NCBI GenBank assembly: GCA_963721085.1
Contig: CAVRHW010000015.1
Span: 47,443 to 111,442 of the forward strand
Direction of reading: 5' to 3'
Origin: an uncultured Gammaproteobacteria bacterium
GTDB taxonomy: Bacteria > Pseudomonadota > Gammaproteobacteria > SZUA-229
DNA: 64,000 bases
Position numbers and translations under genes: made by a program
Shown here: positions 21,306 to 32,666 of the stretch, one piece after another
Layout: each line of letters opens with the position of its first letter
Position numbering within the stretch: position 1 is the first letter of the stretch
Notes under the pieces: model-generated
What the model saw: the letters and a program-made list of their open reading frames with translations, nothing else
Told to the model about the DNA's origin: nothing
Database searches by the model: none

Positions 21306-21992
21306 TTATGGCTTGCTGGCGAAATAGTTTTTTGACTGGATGATCCCGGCAATAATTAAAATGATCAACCAGGCGAGCAGCATACTGACAATGGTGTGAC
21401 TCAGGAAATGGTCGCCGATGAGCATTTTGTAAAGACCGATGGCCCACCCGGTTGTCATGGCCAGACTGGTCGCGATGATTTTGTTTTTTCTGGTTTTAAA
21501 CAGAAAAAACACAGACAGCAAGGCAAAGCCACCGCTGGCATGTGCCGCAGGGTAGCAGCGCTGTTCTTCTGCCGGCCGGGTGCCGGCCGGGTAGCTATCC
21601 AGTACGCCGACATAAGGCAGTTGGCCATTAAAGTGAGTGATGTCTTTTGGGCAGGGGGTGTTGGTGACTGCCTTCAGTCCGCCGACCACAAGAGGCACTA
21701 ACAGGCACGAGAGTATGACTATCATTAAACCTTGCTTATAAGCTTTAATAACGCTGTTCTTTCTGAAGGCGACTACTACGACCGCGAGCACTAATACCGA
21801 AATAACAAAAAAGCGTTTTATGCCATCGTAAAGGATCAGTTTCGGTAGTGCCTGGTCTCTGTCAACAAGCCACTGCTTCAAGTCGGCGTTGTAAAAAAAA
21901 TCCTGCACCCACAGGTCGATGCTGGTCCAGTGGAAAAGCAGGACCGTAAAGGCGATCAGAAATGCCGTGGCTGCGATTTGTTTAATTTTCAT
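21306..21992 (-). CDS. PAP2-family phosphatase
   Basis: K...PCP, CYPAAHASGGF, GDHFLSHT. Confidence 0.88.
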   Translation of the reverse strand: MKIKQIAATAFLIAFTVLLFHWTSIDLWVQDFFYNADLKQWLVDRDQALPKLILYDGIKRFFVISVLVLAVVVVAFRKNSVIKAYKQGLMIVILSCLLVPLVVGGLKAVTNTPCPKDITHFNGQLPYVGVLDSYPAGTRPAEEQRCYPAAHASGGFALLSVFFLFKTRKNKIIATSLAMTTGWAIGLYKMLIGDHFLSHTIVSMLLAWLIILIIAGIIQSKNYFASKP

Positions 21993-23582
21993 GGCGATGA
22001 ATTATATCAAGCGACTTGTCGTATGCCGTTGTTTTAATTTCCAGCAGACCAAGAATGGTGTGAAATAAATTATCATGACTAAAGTGTTCATTTCGTCTTT
22101 TTTTCAGTTCTGTGTAATTCACTTGCTGGCGAAGACCAAAACTATCACTAAACCACATGATCGCAGGTACATGCTTCTGGACATCAGGCGCGATGATATA
22201 AGGCAGGCCGTGTAGATACAGGCCTTTTTCACCCAGAGACTCGCCGTGGTCACTGACATAGATCAGGGTTGATTCGAAGTTGTTCTTATTGCTGTCGAGC
22301 AGATCAATAGTCCTGGACAGAAAATAGTCGGTATATAAAATAGCGTTATCATAAGCATTATCAATTTCTTGAGTGCTGCATTCTTCAAGCTGGTTGGTCT
22401 CGCACACCGGTTTGAATATCCTGAAATTATCAGGATATCGTTTGTAGTAGGCCGGCCCGTGGTTGCCCATCTGATGCAGTACAATAAAAATGTCACCCGT
22501 CGGGTGATTATTAATATAGGTCTGCACATAGGGCAGCATCCCGACATCCCGGCATTCCGGGTTGCAGATCGGGTTGTTATCGGATGTCCTGAAATTTACA
22601 TGCGGTACCCGCAATGCAACGCCTTTGGAATCGGAATTATTGTCCAGCCAGAGCACATTGACGCCAACACGCTGCAATACATCAAGAACATTTTCGGTAT
22701 TGTGCGAATCTGATTTGTCAAAGTCTATCTCTGCCGTCACCGGAAAAAATACACGGCAGTGAGTAAGCGGTGGATGTGCCGCAGGACCAGAAGTTGGAGA
22801 AGCTGACAAGATTCTTTTTTTCCAGATAGGGATTGGTTTTTCGTTTATAGCCATTGAGAGAGAAATGGTCTGCACGGGCGGTTTCGCCGACCACAAAGAT
22901 TATCAGTTCTCTGTTTTTGTCCGTTGGCGACCGGGTGGCGTCTTCTGCGATCCGAACAAGTTCGCCGGGCGGTGTTGCAAAATGCTCGGACACGTATTTA
23001 TTTATTGAATAAAGATAAAAAACAGGGTTTTCATAATATCTGAGCGGCTTATGTTCGCGTAAAAAAGAGGCATAGAAGTCACTGAATAAAAAAATAGCGA
23101 TCGCTGCAATGCCACATGCTCCAGCAACTAGTTTAAGGCGCGATAAAAGTTCACCTTTTATAGAACTGGTAGTTGATTCGTGTTTTGTAGATTACGACAG
23201 ATGGAAGTATGCCAAGCAGCAACAGATACAGCACAAATTGTAAACTGAAAAGATCCATGGCTTCGGCAGGATCTGTTTTGATGATGTTATCGATCATGGT
23301 GCTGTCGATAACGACATTATATGTATCCATGAAGTAGGCGGCACCGGCTGAAGCGATGAGCACTACTATTAACACCGGTTTGATACTGTGCCTGAAACAG
23401 ATTAGCGAAAAGAACGCAGTGGTAATGCACGCGAACAAAACAGCTAGCGATATCAGGAAACCAATGTTTTTGCCATCGGCAGGGTACACTTCGATCACTT
23501 TGGAAAAAAAAGTGATGTTGTAAAACAATATAAGCAAAGCTGATACCAGGATGATCAGTTTTGTACTCGAAATAGATTTCAT
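21982..23582 (-). CDS. eptA: phosphoethanolamine-lipid A transferase (several indels)
   Basis: Fragments carry VVGETARADHFSLNGY, SCGTSTAYS, LHQMGNHGPAYY, SDHGESLGE. Confidence 0.9.
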
Positions 23583-24123
23583 GAATAACGGGTTGATTTT
23601 AAATCAGTGGTAGACAAGCAGGATTGGGTATCTGGTGTTGGCTGGCAGCGCTATTGCGGCGGTTCTCAAATCAGCAGGTAAGTATACATTATATACGGAA
23701 ATCGGGTGATTTATTTTGATTCAGGCGCCACAGCAGGCTGCCCGTGGGCGCTGGCGCGGACGACCAGGCCGGGGTTTTTCTGAAATGCGCTTTCGATCTG
23801 GGGGTCTCGTCATAGATATACTCCAGATGCATATGACCTAGGGTTAGCCCGAGTCTACTCGCCGGGATATGAGCTGTTATATTCATCTGGCGTTGGCTAG
23901 TCGCTTGATACGCATATAGAGTTTTCAACTGCGTTTTGTACTAGCCATGAAATGCAGTTGTATTGTGATATGTAAACAGCAAAGTTGCGTTATGAGTAGT
24001 TGAAAGTAAACATCAGTATTTCATGTTGTAGTAATGCACGCGTTATTTATCGTTGACTTTGCCTGACTTAAATCAGAGAGCCCTAATATTTATGGGCGAT
24101 CGTTAATCCAAGGAGAAAACCAG

Positions 24124-25113
24124 ATGCTTCGAATAATAAAAAAGAGCCGTACACTGGCTTTGATTACAGCAGTCGTTGCTACCTCTGTTATGAGTACTGC
24201 TGCCATAGCTGCCAAAGATGTTGGTAAGGGCCATGATCATCGTACTTTTTATGCAAACGGCAAGATTGATTACGGCAATATCAGTGATTCATACAATTCA
24301 GATCTGTCAATGTACCTGGCAGGCAATCAGTTCATGGTTATGGAAGACCTCATTGGCGCGTTTCAGAAAAAGAATCCTGATATCAAAAAAATATTTGTAG
24401 AAACCATTCCACCGGGCCAGATACTTAAAGGCCAGCTTCTTAAGCAGGGCAAAATTGCTGGTAAGAAAATTTCCAGAACACCAGATCTGTTCGCCAGCGT
24501 CAATGTCAATCATCTTAACAAGCTGCACAAAATGAAGATGATGGATAAATACATGGTGTACACACATAACAAGCTTGCGCTTGAAGTGCTGGAAGGCAAC
24601 CCAAAGCACATCAAGGGACCAATGGACCTGGCGCGCGATGATGTTGTGGTCACTCTGCCGAATCCTTTGACCGAAGGTATTTTTAAATTTTATGGATCGC
24701 AGATGCTGAAAGATCTCGGCATTTATGAAAAAGTCACTGGCAATGCAAAATGCAAGAGCTGCTGGGCGATCAAGGGCAAAACCTGGTTTACTTCACGGCA
24801 TCATCGTGAAACACCGCTGCGCCTGCTTGCTGGCAAGACCGATGTTGGCCTGGTATGGACCACGGAAATTATTTATCAGCGCCAGATTGGTCGCAAGATC
24901 GAAGGTGTAGATATTCCGGCTCCATATAATATGGGCGACAAAGTGGCTTATGCAATCGGTGCTCTGGATAAGGCACACAATGCGAAAAATGCTGAGCGTT
25001 TCCTCGCCTTCCTGGCTACCGACGAAGCCCAGGATATTTACGCAAAGCATGGCTTTATCAAGGCAACAAAGGAAGAGCTGGAGCTTAAGCCATTGCCTTC
25101 AAAGAAAAAGTAA
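24124..25113 (+). CDS. ModA-like periplasmic oxyanion-binding protein (orphan)
   Basis: Signal peptide; LAGNQFMVM, ETIPPG, SRHHRETP, AQDIYAKHGF. Confidence 0.75.
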   Translation: MLRIIKKSRTLALITAVVATSVMSTAAIAAKDVGKGHDHRTFYANGKIDYGNISDSYNSDLSMYLAGNQFMVMEDLIGAFQKKNPDIKKIFVETIPPGQILKGQLLKQGKIAGKKISRTPDLFASVNVNHLNKLHKMKMMDKYMVYTHNKLALEVLEGNPKHIKGPMDLARDDVVVTLPNPLTEGIFKFYGSQMLKDLGIYEKVTGNAKCKSCWAIKGKTWFTSRHHRETPLRLLAGKTDVGLVWTTEIIYQRQIGRKIEGVDIPAPYNMGDKVAYAIGALDKAHNAKNAERFLAFLATDEAQDIYAKHGFIKATKEELELKPLPSKKK

Positions 25114-25137
25114 ATCCTGATTTACTTTCGATGATAG

Positions 25138-25172
25138 ACAAAGAAGCCGGCAAACACTGCCGGCTTCTTTGT
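25138..25172. terminator. bidirectional intrinsic terminator
   Basis: ACAAAGAAGCCGGCA-AACAC-TGCCGGCTTCTTTGT. Confidence 0.85.
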
Positions 25173-25219
25173 TATGGGTGGCAACAGATCGGGTATAAAA
25201 CCGTACAGCGCGAAACTTT

Positions 25220-25648
25220 TTAGCGAATCCGATACGCCGAATGGCAGGCAACGCAGGCCGTGGTGAGATTGGAAAGCGATTTATAGGCCGCCAGCAAATC
25301 ACCCTCCTGTGCTTTTAATGCGAACTGGCTGGCTGCTTTGTGCATATTGGTGCCCGCTTCCTGCATGCCTTTGGGCATAAATTCGGCCATGTGCTTTGCA
25401 TCATGACTTGGCAGAGAACTCATACCAAGCCGCTTTTCGGCGATATCGGCAGCATCATCCATTTTGTTGTTCGCCAGATCTTCCATTATGGCATTGAGTG
25501 TGGCCAGGTGATCGCGCATGCTGGTCAGCATATGGTGCTGCATCATTTCTGGAAACTTCACCAGCTGTCTTGGGTCATTATCAGTAGCCGATACGGCGAA
25601 AGAGGATAGCAAAAGCACGACGCCTGTAAACTGAACTAGTTTTTTCAT
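25220..25648 (-). CDS. periplasmic class II (c'-like) cytochrome c
   Basis: Signal peptide, helical, C-terminal CVACHSAYR heme motif. Confidence 0.85.
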   Translation of the reverse strand: MKKLVQFTGVVLLLSSFAVSATDNDPRQLVKFPEMMQHHMLTSMRDHLATLNAIMEDLANNKMDDAADIAEKRLGMSSLPSHDAKHMAEFMPKGMQEAGTNMHKAASQFALKAQEGDLLAAYKSLSNLTTACVACHSAYRIR

Positions 25649-25813
25649 TAGAAGCTGGGCTCCATCGTTATATTGACGCCTGAATATACAGGATTTGGCG
25701 GAGTCGATACAATTTTGAAATCGCGCTGCTTGCGAACTGGGCACATTGTATTTTTGTGCTGACTCATTATCATCTAGCTTCTCCACCATCTCATATTTGC
25801 GAGGGCTTCACTT

Positions 25814-26287
25814 ATGTCCAGCAAGATATCACTTTCTATTAATGGCCAGCCCCACACCGTGGACGTTGAACCGGACACGCCTCTGCTGTGGGTGCTGCGG
25901 GACGAACTGCATTTGAATGGTACCAAGTTCAGTTGCGGCATCGGACTGTGTGGCGCCTGCACGGTGCTGATGGACGGAACGCCGACCCGTAGCTGTGTGT
26001 TGCCGGTGAGCGCGGTGGGCAGCAAGCCGATACAGACGATCGAGGGCCTGAAGACCGCGGGCGGCCTGCACCCGGTGCAGCAGGCCTGGATCGATGCCGA
26101 TGTGCCGCAGTGCGGATACTGCCAGTCGGGGCAGATTCTGTCGGCGGTCGCGCTGCTCAACAAACACCCGAAGCCGAGCGATGAACAGATCGACCAGTCG
26201 ATGACCAATATCTGCCGTTGTGGCACCTATCCGGAGCTGCGCAAGGCCATTCACCTGGCGGCAGGCATGAAGGAGGGCTCGAAATGA
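25814..26287 (+). CDS. 2Fe-2S subunit of IorAB-like molybdenum hydroxylase
   Basis: [32 protein letters not shown]. Confidence 0.92.
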   Translation: MSSKISLSINGQPHTVDVEPDTPLLWVLRDELHLNGTKFSCGIGLCGACTVLMDGTPTRSCVLPVSAVGSKPIQTIEGLKTAGGLHPVQQAWIDADVPQCGYCQSGQILSAVALLNKHPKPSDEQIDQSMTNICRCGTYPELRKAIHLAAGMKEGSK

Positions 26288-28423
26288 AAATCGAAAACAT
26301 GAGTCGTCGTGATTTTCTGAAAACCGGGGCCATCACCGGTGGCGGACTGGTGCTGGGTTTTGCCCTGCCCACGATCAACAAGGCGCTGGCGCGGCAGGTC
26401 GGCGAGGCAGACGCGACTTACCCGGTGGCCGCCTGGCTGCAGGTGGACCAGGCCGGCCTGGTGAAACTGGTAATTCCCTGTTCTGAAATGGGCCAGGGTT
26501 CGCAGGCATCGCTGGCGATGATCCTGTGCGATGAGGCCGGCGCAGATTATTACACGCTGCAGGCGTTGAACCCTCCCAACAACGCATATTCAATAACCCG
26601 ATGTTCGGCATGCAGGCGACCGGCGGCAGTACCTCGGTGCGCGCCTGGTGGGTCCCGTTACGCGTGGTCGGCGCTACCTTGCGCGAGATGCTGGTGGCCT
26701 CGGCAGCAGAGCAGTGGAAGGTCAAACCGAGCGAATGCACCACGCAGGACAATTACGCGATACACAAACCGTCCGGCAGGAAGCTGCACTTCAGGAAGCT
26801 GGTCAGCGCTACCCTCGACATGAAACCACCGGCAAAACCGAAACTGAAAGACCGCAGCGAATACCGTTACATCGGCAAACCTTTAAAGCGCATAGATACC
26901 CCGGCCAAGGTCAGCGGCGAAGCGCAGTTCGGCATGGACGTGGTACTGCCCGGCATGCTGATCGCAACGGTAAAACAGTCGCCCGCATTCGGCGGTGAAG
27001 TGGCTTCCTACAACGAAAAGGCCGCGCTAAAAGTACCTGGCGTGAAGGCGGTAGTGCCGGTCGATAATGGCATCGCGGTGGTGGCGAAAAATTACTGGCA
27101 GGCCAAAAAAGGCATGGATGCGCTGGAGGTCAAATTCAAGGGCGGTAAAACCCGCGGCAAAGATACCGCGGCTATCGAAAAGCAGCTGCAGGATGGGCTG
27201 TCAGACGATAAAAATGCGCGCATTGCATATCAGTAAAGGTGACCTGGCGGCTGGCAAGTCGGCAAAGAACACTTACCGCATGAAGTACAGCGCGCCTTAT
27301 CTGGCGCACGCCACCATGGAGCCGATGAATGCCACCGCGCACGTCACCGATAAATCCTGCGAACTCTGGTTACCGACACAATCGCAGTCGCGCTCGGTGC
27401 AGAAAGCGGTAGAGCTCACCGGTCTGCAACCGGACCAGGTGAAACTGCACACTACTTATCTGGGAGGCGGTTTTGGGCGTCGCGCCGAAACGGATTTCGT
27501 GGCGCAGGCGGTACTCGTTTCCGAAGCGGTGGAAGCGCCGGTGAAACTGATCTGGTCACGCGAAGAAGATATGCAGCATGATGTCTACCGGCCAGCGGCT
27601 GCCAGCGCGTTCGAAATTGCAGTGGATCACGAAGGTTATCCGCTGACGTGGAAAAACCGGGTATGCACTTCATCGATACTGCAACGCTATGCGCCGCAGT
27701 GGCTGCACGACAAGCCCGACCGAACCATGACCGAAGGCGCAGCCGAAACACCTTACAATATCAGCGAACCAGCTTACCGACGTGGTGCAGATTGATAATG
27801 GCGTGCCGGTGGGTTTCTGGCGTTCGGTCGGAAACTCGTTGAACTGTTTTTTCCTGGAAAGCGCGCTCGACGAACTGGCGCACCATGCAGGTAAAGATCC
27901 TTACCAGTACCGTCGTCATCTGCTCAAGGATTCGCCGCGTGCACTGAAGGTGCTCGACACGGTTGCGAAAACGGCGCACTGGGATAAACCGATCGGCAAA
28001 AAACGCGGGCGCGGCATTGCACTGACAAACTGTTTTGGCAGCTATGTTGCAGAAGTCGCCGAAGTCTCGGCAACCGCCGATGGCTTCAAGGTAGACCGGA
28101 TTGCATGTGTGGTGGATTGCGGGCTGTACGTCAATCCCGAAATCATCAAGCGGCAAATGCAAAGCGCGATTATCTTCGGACTGACCGCTGCGCTCAAAGG
28201 CAGGATCAATTTCAGCGATGGTGCTGTGGTCGAAAGCAACTTCAACGATTACCCGGTATTGTTAATGAGCGAGATACCCGAGATCGAAGTGGTGATAATC
28301 GAAAACAACGAAAGCCCGGGCGGGTATGGCGAACCGGGCACGCCTTCGGTTGCGCCCGCAGTTGCCAATGCAGTATTTGCCGCCACTGGAAAACGGCATC
28401 GAAGTTTGCCGTTGACCCTGTGA
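26284..28423 (+). CDS. molybdopterin subunit of IorB-like aldehyde/heterocycle oxidoreductase, Tat-exported (several indels)
   Basis: [48 protein letters not shown] across four fragments. Confidence 0.9.
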
Positions 28424-28424
28424 T

Positions 28425-28996
28425 TTAATTTAAGGGCGTATCGGTTTTTTCTGCGATGTCTGGTCTGGCTGCGGAGCTGTTGCTGTGTATCAGCAGCGGA
28501 TCGACCACGGCTTTAAGTCTGGCTTCATTCCATGCGGGTTGCTCGGCTTTCCAGCCGTCGTAACGCAGGATGCCGTCGCGGTCGATGACGAAACTCACCG
28601 GGATACGCCACATACGGCCATAGCCGGTGGCGGTCGAGCGATCCAGCAAGCCCACAGGAAAGTGCAGTTGCTGCGCAATGGCCCTGACCTTGTCCAGGCC
28701 ATCGCTGTCGTCCAGGCTAAACCCCAGTACTTCGAGACCCTGATCGCGGTGAGCTGCGGCGTAACGCGACAGAATCGGCAGCTCCTGCTGACAGGGTTCG
28801 CACCAGGTCGCCCAGAAGGTGAGGATGACCGTGTGTCCGTGCAATGCCCGGGTGCTGATGCTGTGGCCGTCCAGCGTGACCAGCGTGGCGGGTGGTGCGG
28901 CGTTGTCCGAGCTGAAGTTCGTTAGCGCGCGCCAGTGGTGCCGCGAACAACAGAGCCAGGACCACGCAGCCGGCAAGCAGCGTGTTTAACCCGCAA
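28425..28996 (-). CDS. TlpA-family thiol:disulfide oxidoreductase (indel near 5' end)
   Basis: FWATWCEPCQQELP; signal peptide in adjacent frame; start approximate. Confidence 0.88.
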
Positions 28997-29011
28997 TGCC
29001 ACAGCGCAATG

Positions 29012-29974
29012 CTAGAACGCATGGGACAAACCCAGGGTGGCGGTCCAGCGCGGCGCCAGTTGCCAGCCGGTCAGATTTTGATATACAGGAATCTGTACAA
29101 AGCCATACAGCTGTGTGTCCTTTGTGCCGAGAAAGGACAGGCCCGGGCTCAGGTAGAGAAAGGTGCCGCCCGAGTTATCGACATCGGCATTGCTGCCCGA
29201 ATCCTGGCTTCGATTGCTCAGATTGAACTGTAGCTGCGGCACCCAGCGGGTCTGCGTGATATAGCGTACGCCACTGCTCAGATTAAAATAATTGCCGGGG
29301 CGATAATCGAATCGACTGGCCACCGAAAACTGGTAGTTGATATGCGCGAAGCCATCGAAATCCTGGCTCAGTGCGCGGTAATAATAAGCGCCCAGAATCA
29401 AATCGGTGCTGCCGGTGCCTGGTTGCAGACTGGTATCCAGTGCATCGCCCGCAGCGGGTCCGGAGCTGAAATTCACCGCATCGCCATACTGCCCGCTGGC
29501 GAATTTGATGCCCAGCTGAATACCCAGATTATGGGTCGGCAGAAATCCCTGATAATTACCGATCAGTTTTATATCGCCCAGACTGGAACTGCTTGAACTC
29601 GACAGTTCCGGCGTTGCGGCAGGATCGTATTCACCGTAGGTGCTGTGATCGCGGATGACATAAGGGATTTGCAGACTGACGCTCCAGCTTCGATTCGGGG
29701 CATAGCTCAGGCTGGTGGTCGTGTAGTGATTTTTTGTTTGATGTTCAAGCTCGTTCCCCACAGGTACGACCGAAGCTGTGCCGGTGTCGTGGCGTAACTG
29801 ATCCTGATTGATATAGTCGTATTGCAGGTTCAGGCGCCAGCCGGTCTGTGTGGAATATCCTGTCGCTGCATCGGTACTCAGGGTGCAGCCGCAGGTCGCA
29901 CATGCCAGCGCAGATCCGCCGGGTAACAGCAGCGCGCCTGCGGTGAGCAGTGCAAGGGTGTGCTTGGATAACAT
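29012..29974 (-). CDS. outer-membrane beta-barrel with N-terminal CxxCGC motif
   Basis: Signal peptide ALA|CATCGC; LQPGTGSTD; C-terminal GLSHAF. Confidence 0.75.
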   Translation of the reverse strand: MLSKHTLALLTAGALLLPGGSALACATCGCTLSTDAATGYSTQTGWRLNLQYDYINQDQLRHDTGTASVVPVGNELEHQTKNHYTTTSLSYAPNRSWSVSLQIPYVIRDHSTYGEYDPAATPELSSSSSSSLGDIKLIGNYQGFLPTHNLGIQLGIKFASGQYGDAVNFSSGPAAGDALDTSLQPGTGSTDLILGAYYYRALSQDFDGFAHINYQFSVASRFDYRPGNYFNLSSGVRYITQTRWVPQLQFNLSNRSQDSGSNADVDNSGGTFLYLSPGLSFLGTKDTQLYGFVQIPVYQNLTGWQLAPRWTATLGLSHAF

Positions 29975-30133
29975 CAGTACATAACCTCCAGGATAAAAAA
30001 ATAATGTGCCGTGCGCATGGAGGCGTCTCGTTCAGATTCATCTGCGATGAGCTGGCGCGAGCCACAGTCCTGTCATACCTGATCTTTGATTGCGTCGAGG
30101 CGGCAGCTTAGCAACTGAAAACCTTGATGAAAA

Positions 30134-30150
30134 TGCGACATTATGTCGCA
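30134..30150. promoter_or_regulatory. RegA/RegR-type binding box
   Basis: TGCGACA-TTA-TGTCGCA perfect palindrome matching GCGRC-N5-GTCGC, between divergent barrel gene and regB. Confidence 0.7.
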
Positions 30151-30311
30151 CGGTTCTGGACCCCGGGCGCCTGTAACCGATAGTGAACAATGCGCTAGAA
30201 TGGCGGTTCCCAGCCGCCAGGCTCTAAGCCGTGACTGATTTATCACCGCGGGTTCGCGCAGAAACTTTGCATGCACCTTGTCGAGGGATACATATATAAG
30301 AGGTCTATCAC

Positions 30312-31594
30312 ATGCCAGACGCGTATCGCACGCAAGCACATGTTCCAGAGAAGGCTGATCTGCACCGGTTATTTATGTTACGTAATGTCGCCATCGTGGG
30401 ACAGATCGTCACTGTTGCAGTCGTCGTGATGATTCTGAAGATACCGCTACCGTTGGCCGATATTGCCAGTATTATCGGTGCCGTCATTGTGTTCAATGCG
30501 TTTCACCTGGTGGCATCTGCACCAGAGCTGGCAGGTGAGTCACCCGGTTTTTTTTGCGCAGTTGCTGGTTGATGTGCTGGCTTTGTCCGGCCTGCTGTAT
30601 TTCGCCGGGGGCGCAACCAATCCCTTCGTGTCATTATTTTTGATACCTCTGATTATCTCTGCCACCGTGCTTACCAGTGCTGCTACCTGGGCGCTGGCGG
30701 CGATCACTATTTTTAGTTACAGCTTGTTGATGCACAGTTACGTGCCGCTGCCGCATATGCATATGGATATGAGTCAGTTTGGTATGCACGTGATCGGCAT
30801 GTGGCTGGGCTTCGTGCTCAGCGCCGGGATCATCGCCTATTTCGTCGTTGGCATGGGAAAAGCCCTGCGACAGCAGGACCGCGCGCTCGCGCTTGCCCGT
30901 GAACACTCCCTGCGCGATGCCCAGCTGGTGGAACTGGGTACCTTTGCGGCCAGCACCGCGCACGAGCTGGGTACACCGCTGGGAACCATGGCGCTGATTA
31001 CCGCAGAACTGACAGAAGAATATGGCGACAACGAGCCGGTGCTGCGCGATCGGCTGAGTGTGTTACACGAGCAGATCAGTCGATGTAAGTCGGCGCTGTC
31101 GACGCTCGCCGTATCCTCGGGTGGGGTGCGCCTGGTGGGGGGTGGCGCCATGGCCGTGGACGGTTATCTCGACAGTCTTTTTGCCGACTGGCAGCAGGCC
31201 AATCCGGACAAGTGTGTGCAGACGCAGTGGGCCGGGGTACAGCCTGCGCCTGCGATTCTGGTGGACCGAACACTGAGCCAGGCGATTGCAAATGTGCTGG
31301 ATAATGCCGCAGAGGTGTCACCGCGTATTGTGGAATGGGACGCGTACTGGGATACGCGCGAACTGGTCATGGAAATTCGTGACCGTGGGCCAGGCATCAC
31401 CGATGAAGCCCGACAGCATGTTGGTAAGGCACCCTACACAGAGAAACCGGAAGGACTTGGGCTTAGGTCTGTTTCTGGCGCACGCGATTATCGCTCGCTT
31501 CGGCGGTTCGGTGACTTTGTCCGATCGTGATGGCGGCGGTTGCTGCACCCGGGTGCTATTGCCCTGCACACAACTGGCGACGAGTGTGTCATGA
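30312..31594 (+). CDS. regB: RegB/PrrB/RoxS-family sensor kinase (indels near 30500 and 31460)
   Basis: GGATNPF, AHELGTPLGT H-box, IRDRGPG. Confidence 0.85.
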
Positions 31595-32148
31595 GCAAGG
31601 TGATGCCGATCGATGAAACAGAAGGCACCCTGCTCATCGTCGATGATGATGCCGGCTTCAGCGATGCCTTGCAGCGTGCGATGCAACGTCGTGGTTACAG
31701 CGTGGTGTGCGCGAGCGATGAGGTCGCCGCGCTTCAGGCCGCTGATGAATTTTCGCCCGAGTATGCACTGGTCGATCTTCGCCTGGGACAAACATCGGGA
31801 CTGTCGCTGGTTGAACGGCTGGCGAAAGATGATCCGGGAATGCGCATCGTGGTACTCACCGGTTATGCCAGTATTGCCACTGCAGTGGAGGCAATCAAGC
31901 TGGGTGCTGTGCACTATCTCACCAAACCGGTTGAACCCGATGAAATTGTGCAAGCGCTGGAGCGCGATCAGGGTGATGCGGACGCGGCACTGGCCACCAA
32001 ACCGATGTCAGTGCGCAGACTGGAGTGGGAACACATTCAACGCGTTTTGATGCAGCACGACGGAAATATTTCGGCGGCGGCGCGCACACTCAAGATGCAT
32101 CGGCGCTCGTTGCAACGCAAGCTTCAGAAACGTCCCTCGCAGACATAA
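31591..32148 (+). CDS. regA: RegA/PrrA-family response regulator
   Basis: LTGYASIATAVEAIKLGA, LEWEHIQRVL, MHRRSLQRKLQK. Confidence 0.92.
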   Translation: MSKVMPIDETEGTLLIVDDDAGFSDALQRAMQRRGYSVVCASDEVAALQAADEFSPEYALVDLRLGQTSGLSLVERLAKDDPGMRIVVLTGYASIATAVEAIKLGAVHYLTKPVEPDEIVQALERDQGDADAALATKPMSVRRLEWEHIQRVLMQHDGNISAAARTLKMHRRSLQRKLQKRPSQT

Positions 32149-32168
32149 GTACACCACTGCGGTTCAGG

Positions 32169-32636
32169 TTAAGAAATATCGAGCGCCATGGTTATGTTCG
32201 CTCTTGAATAGACTGGATGTTGCCCGGTAGCAATAGTTTTAAAACCGCACTTTGTATACAGGGCAATGGCGACATCCAGTTTTGTGTTGGAAACCAGAAA
32301 TACTTTTTTCGCGTGCAGCTCCCGGGTTTTTTCTAAACACACCTGAATGAGTTGTTTGCCATAGCCCTTGCCCTGATGGTCGGGCGATACCGCCATTCTT
32401 GCCAGCTCGTAAATATCATTGCCATGATTGAACAGGGCGCAGACACCAACCACTTCGTTATCCAGCGCCAGACTAAAAATATAACCGCCATCATCGATCA
32501 CTTTCTGCGGATTGGCGGCGAGCTGGCGGTCGATGTCTTCAATTTCGAAATAAGTGCTAATCCATTCTTCGTTCAGGCGAATGAAGTCGTCCAGGTGTTC
32601 CTTGTTGTTTTCAAAAATGTCTAGTTCGTTGTGCAT
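32169..32636 (-). CDS. GNAT acetyltransferase
   Basis: ELARMAVSPDHQGKGYG, AIALYTKCGF. Confidence 0.9.
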   Translation of the reverse strand: MHNELDIFENNKEHLDDFIRLNEEWISTYFEIEDIDRQLAANPQKVIDDGGYIFSLALDNEVVGVCALFNHGNDIYELARMAVSPDHQGKGYGKQLIQVCLEKTRELHAKKVFLVSNTKLDVAIALYTKCGFKTIATGQHPVYSRANITMALDIS

Positions 32637-32666
32637 AGTTAATCGAGGATGGTATCGATTCGATTG

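Noticed and set aside
23689-23928. 79-aa ORF upstream of eptA
   Set aside because: No recognisable motif; at most a short gene remnant.
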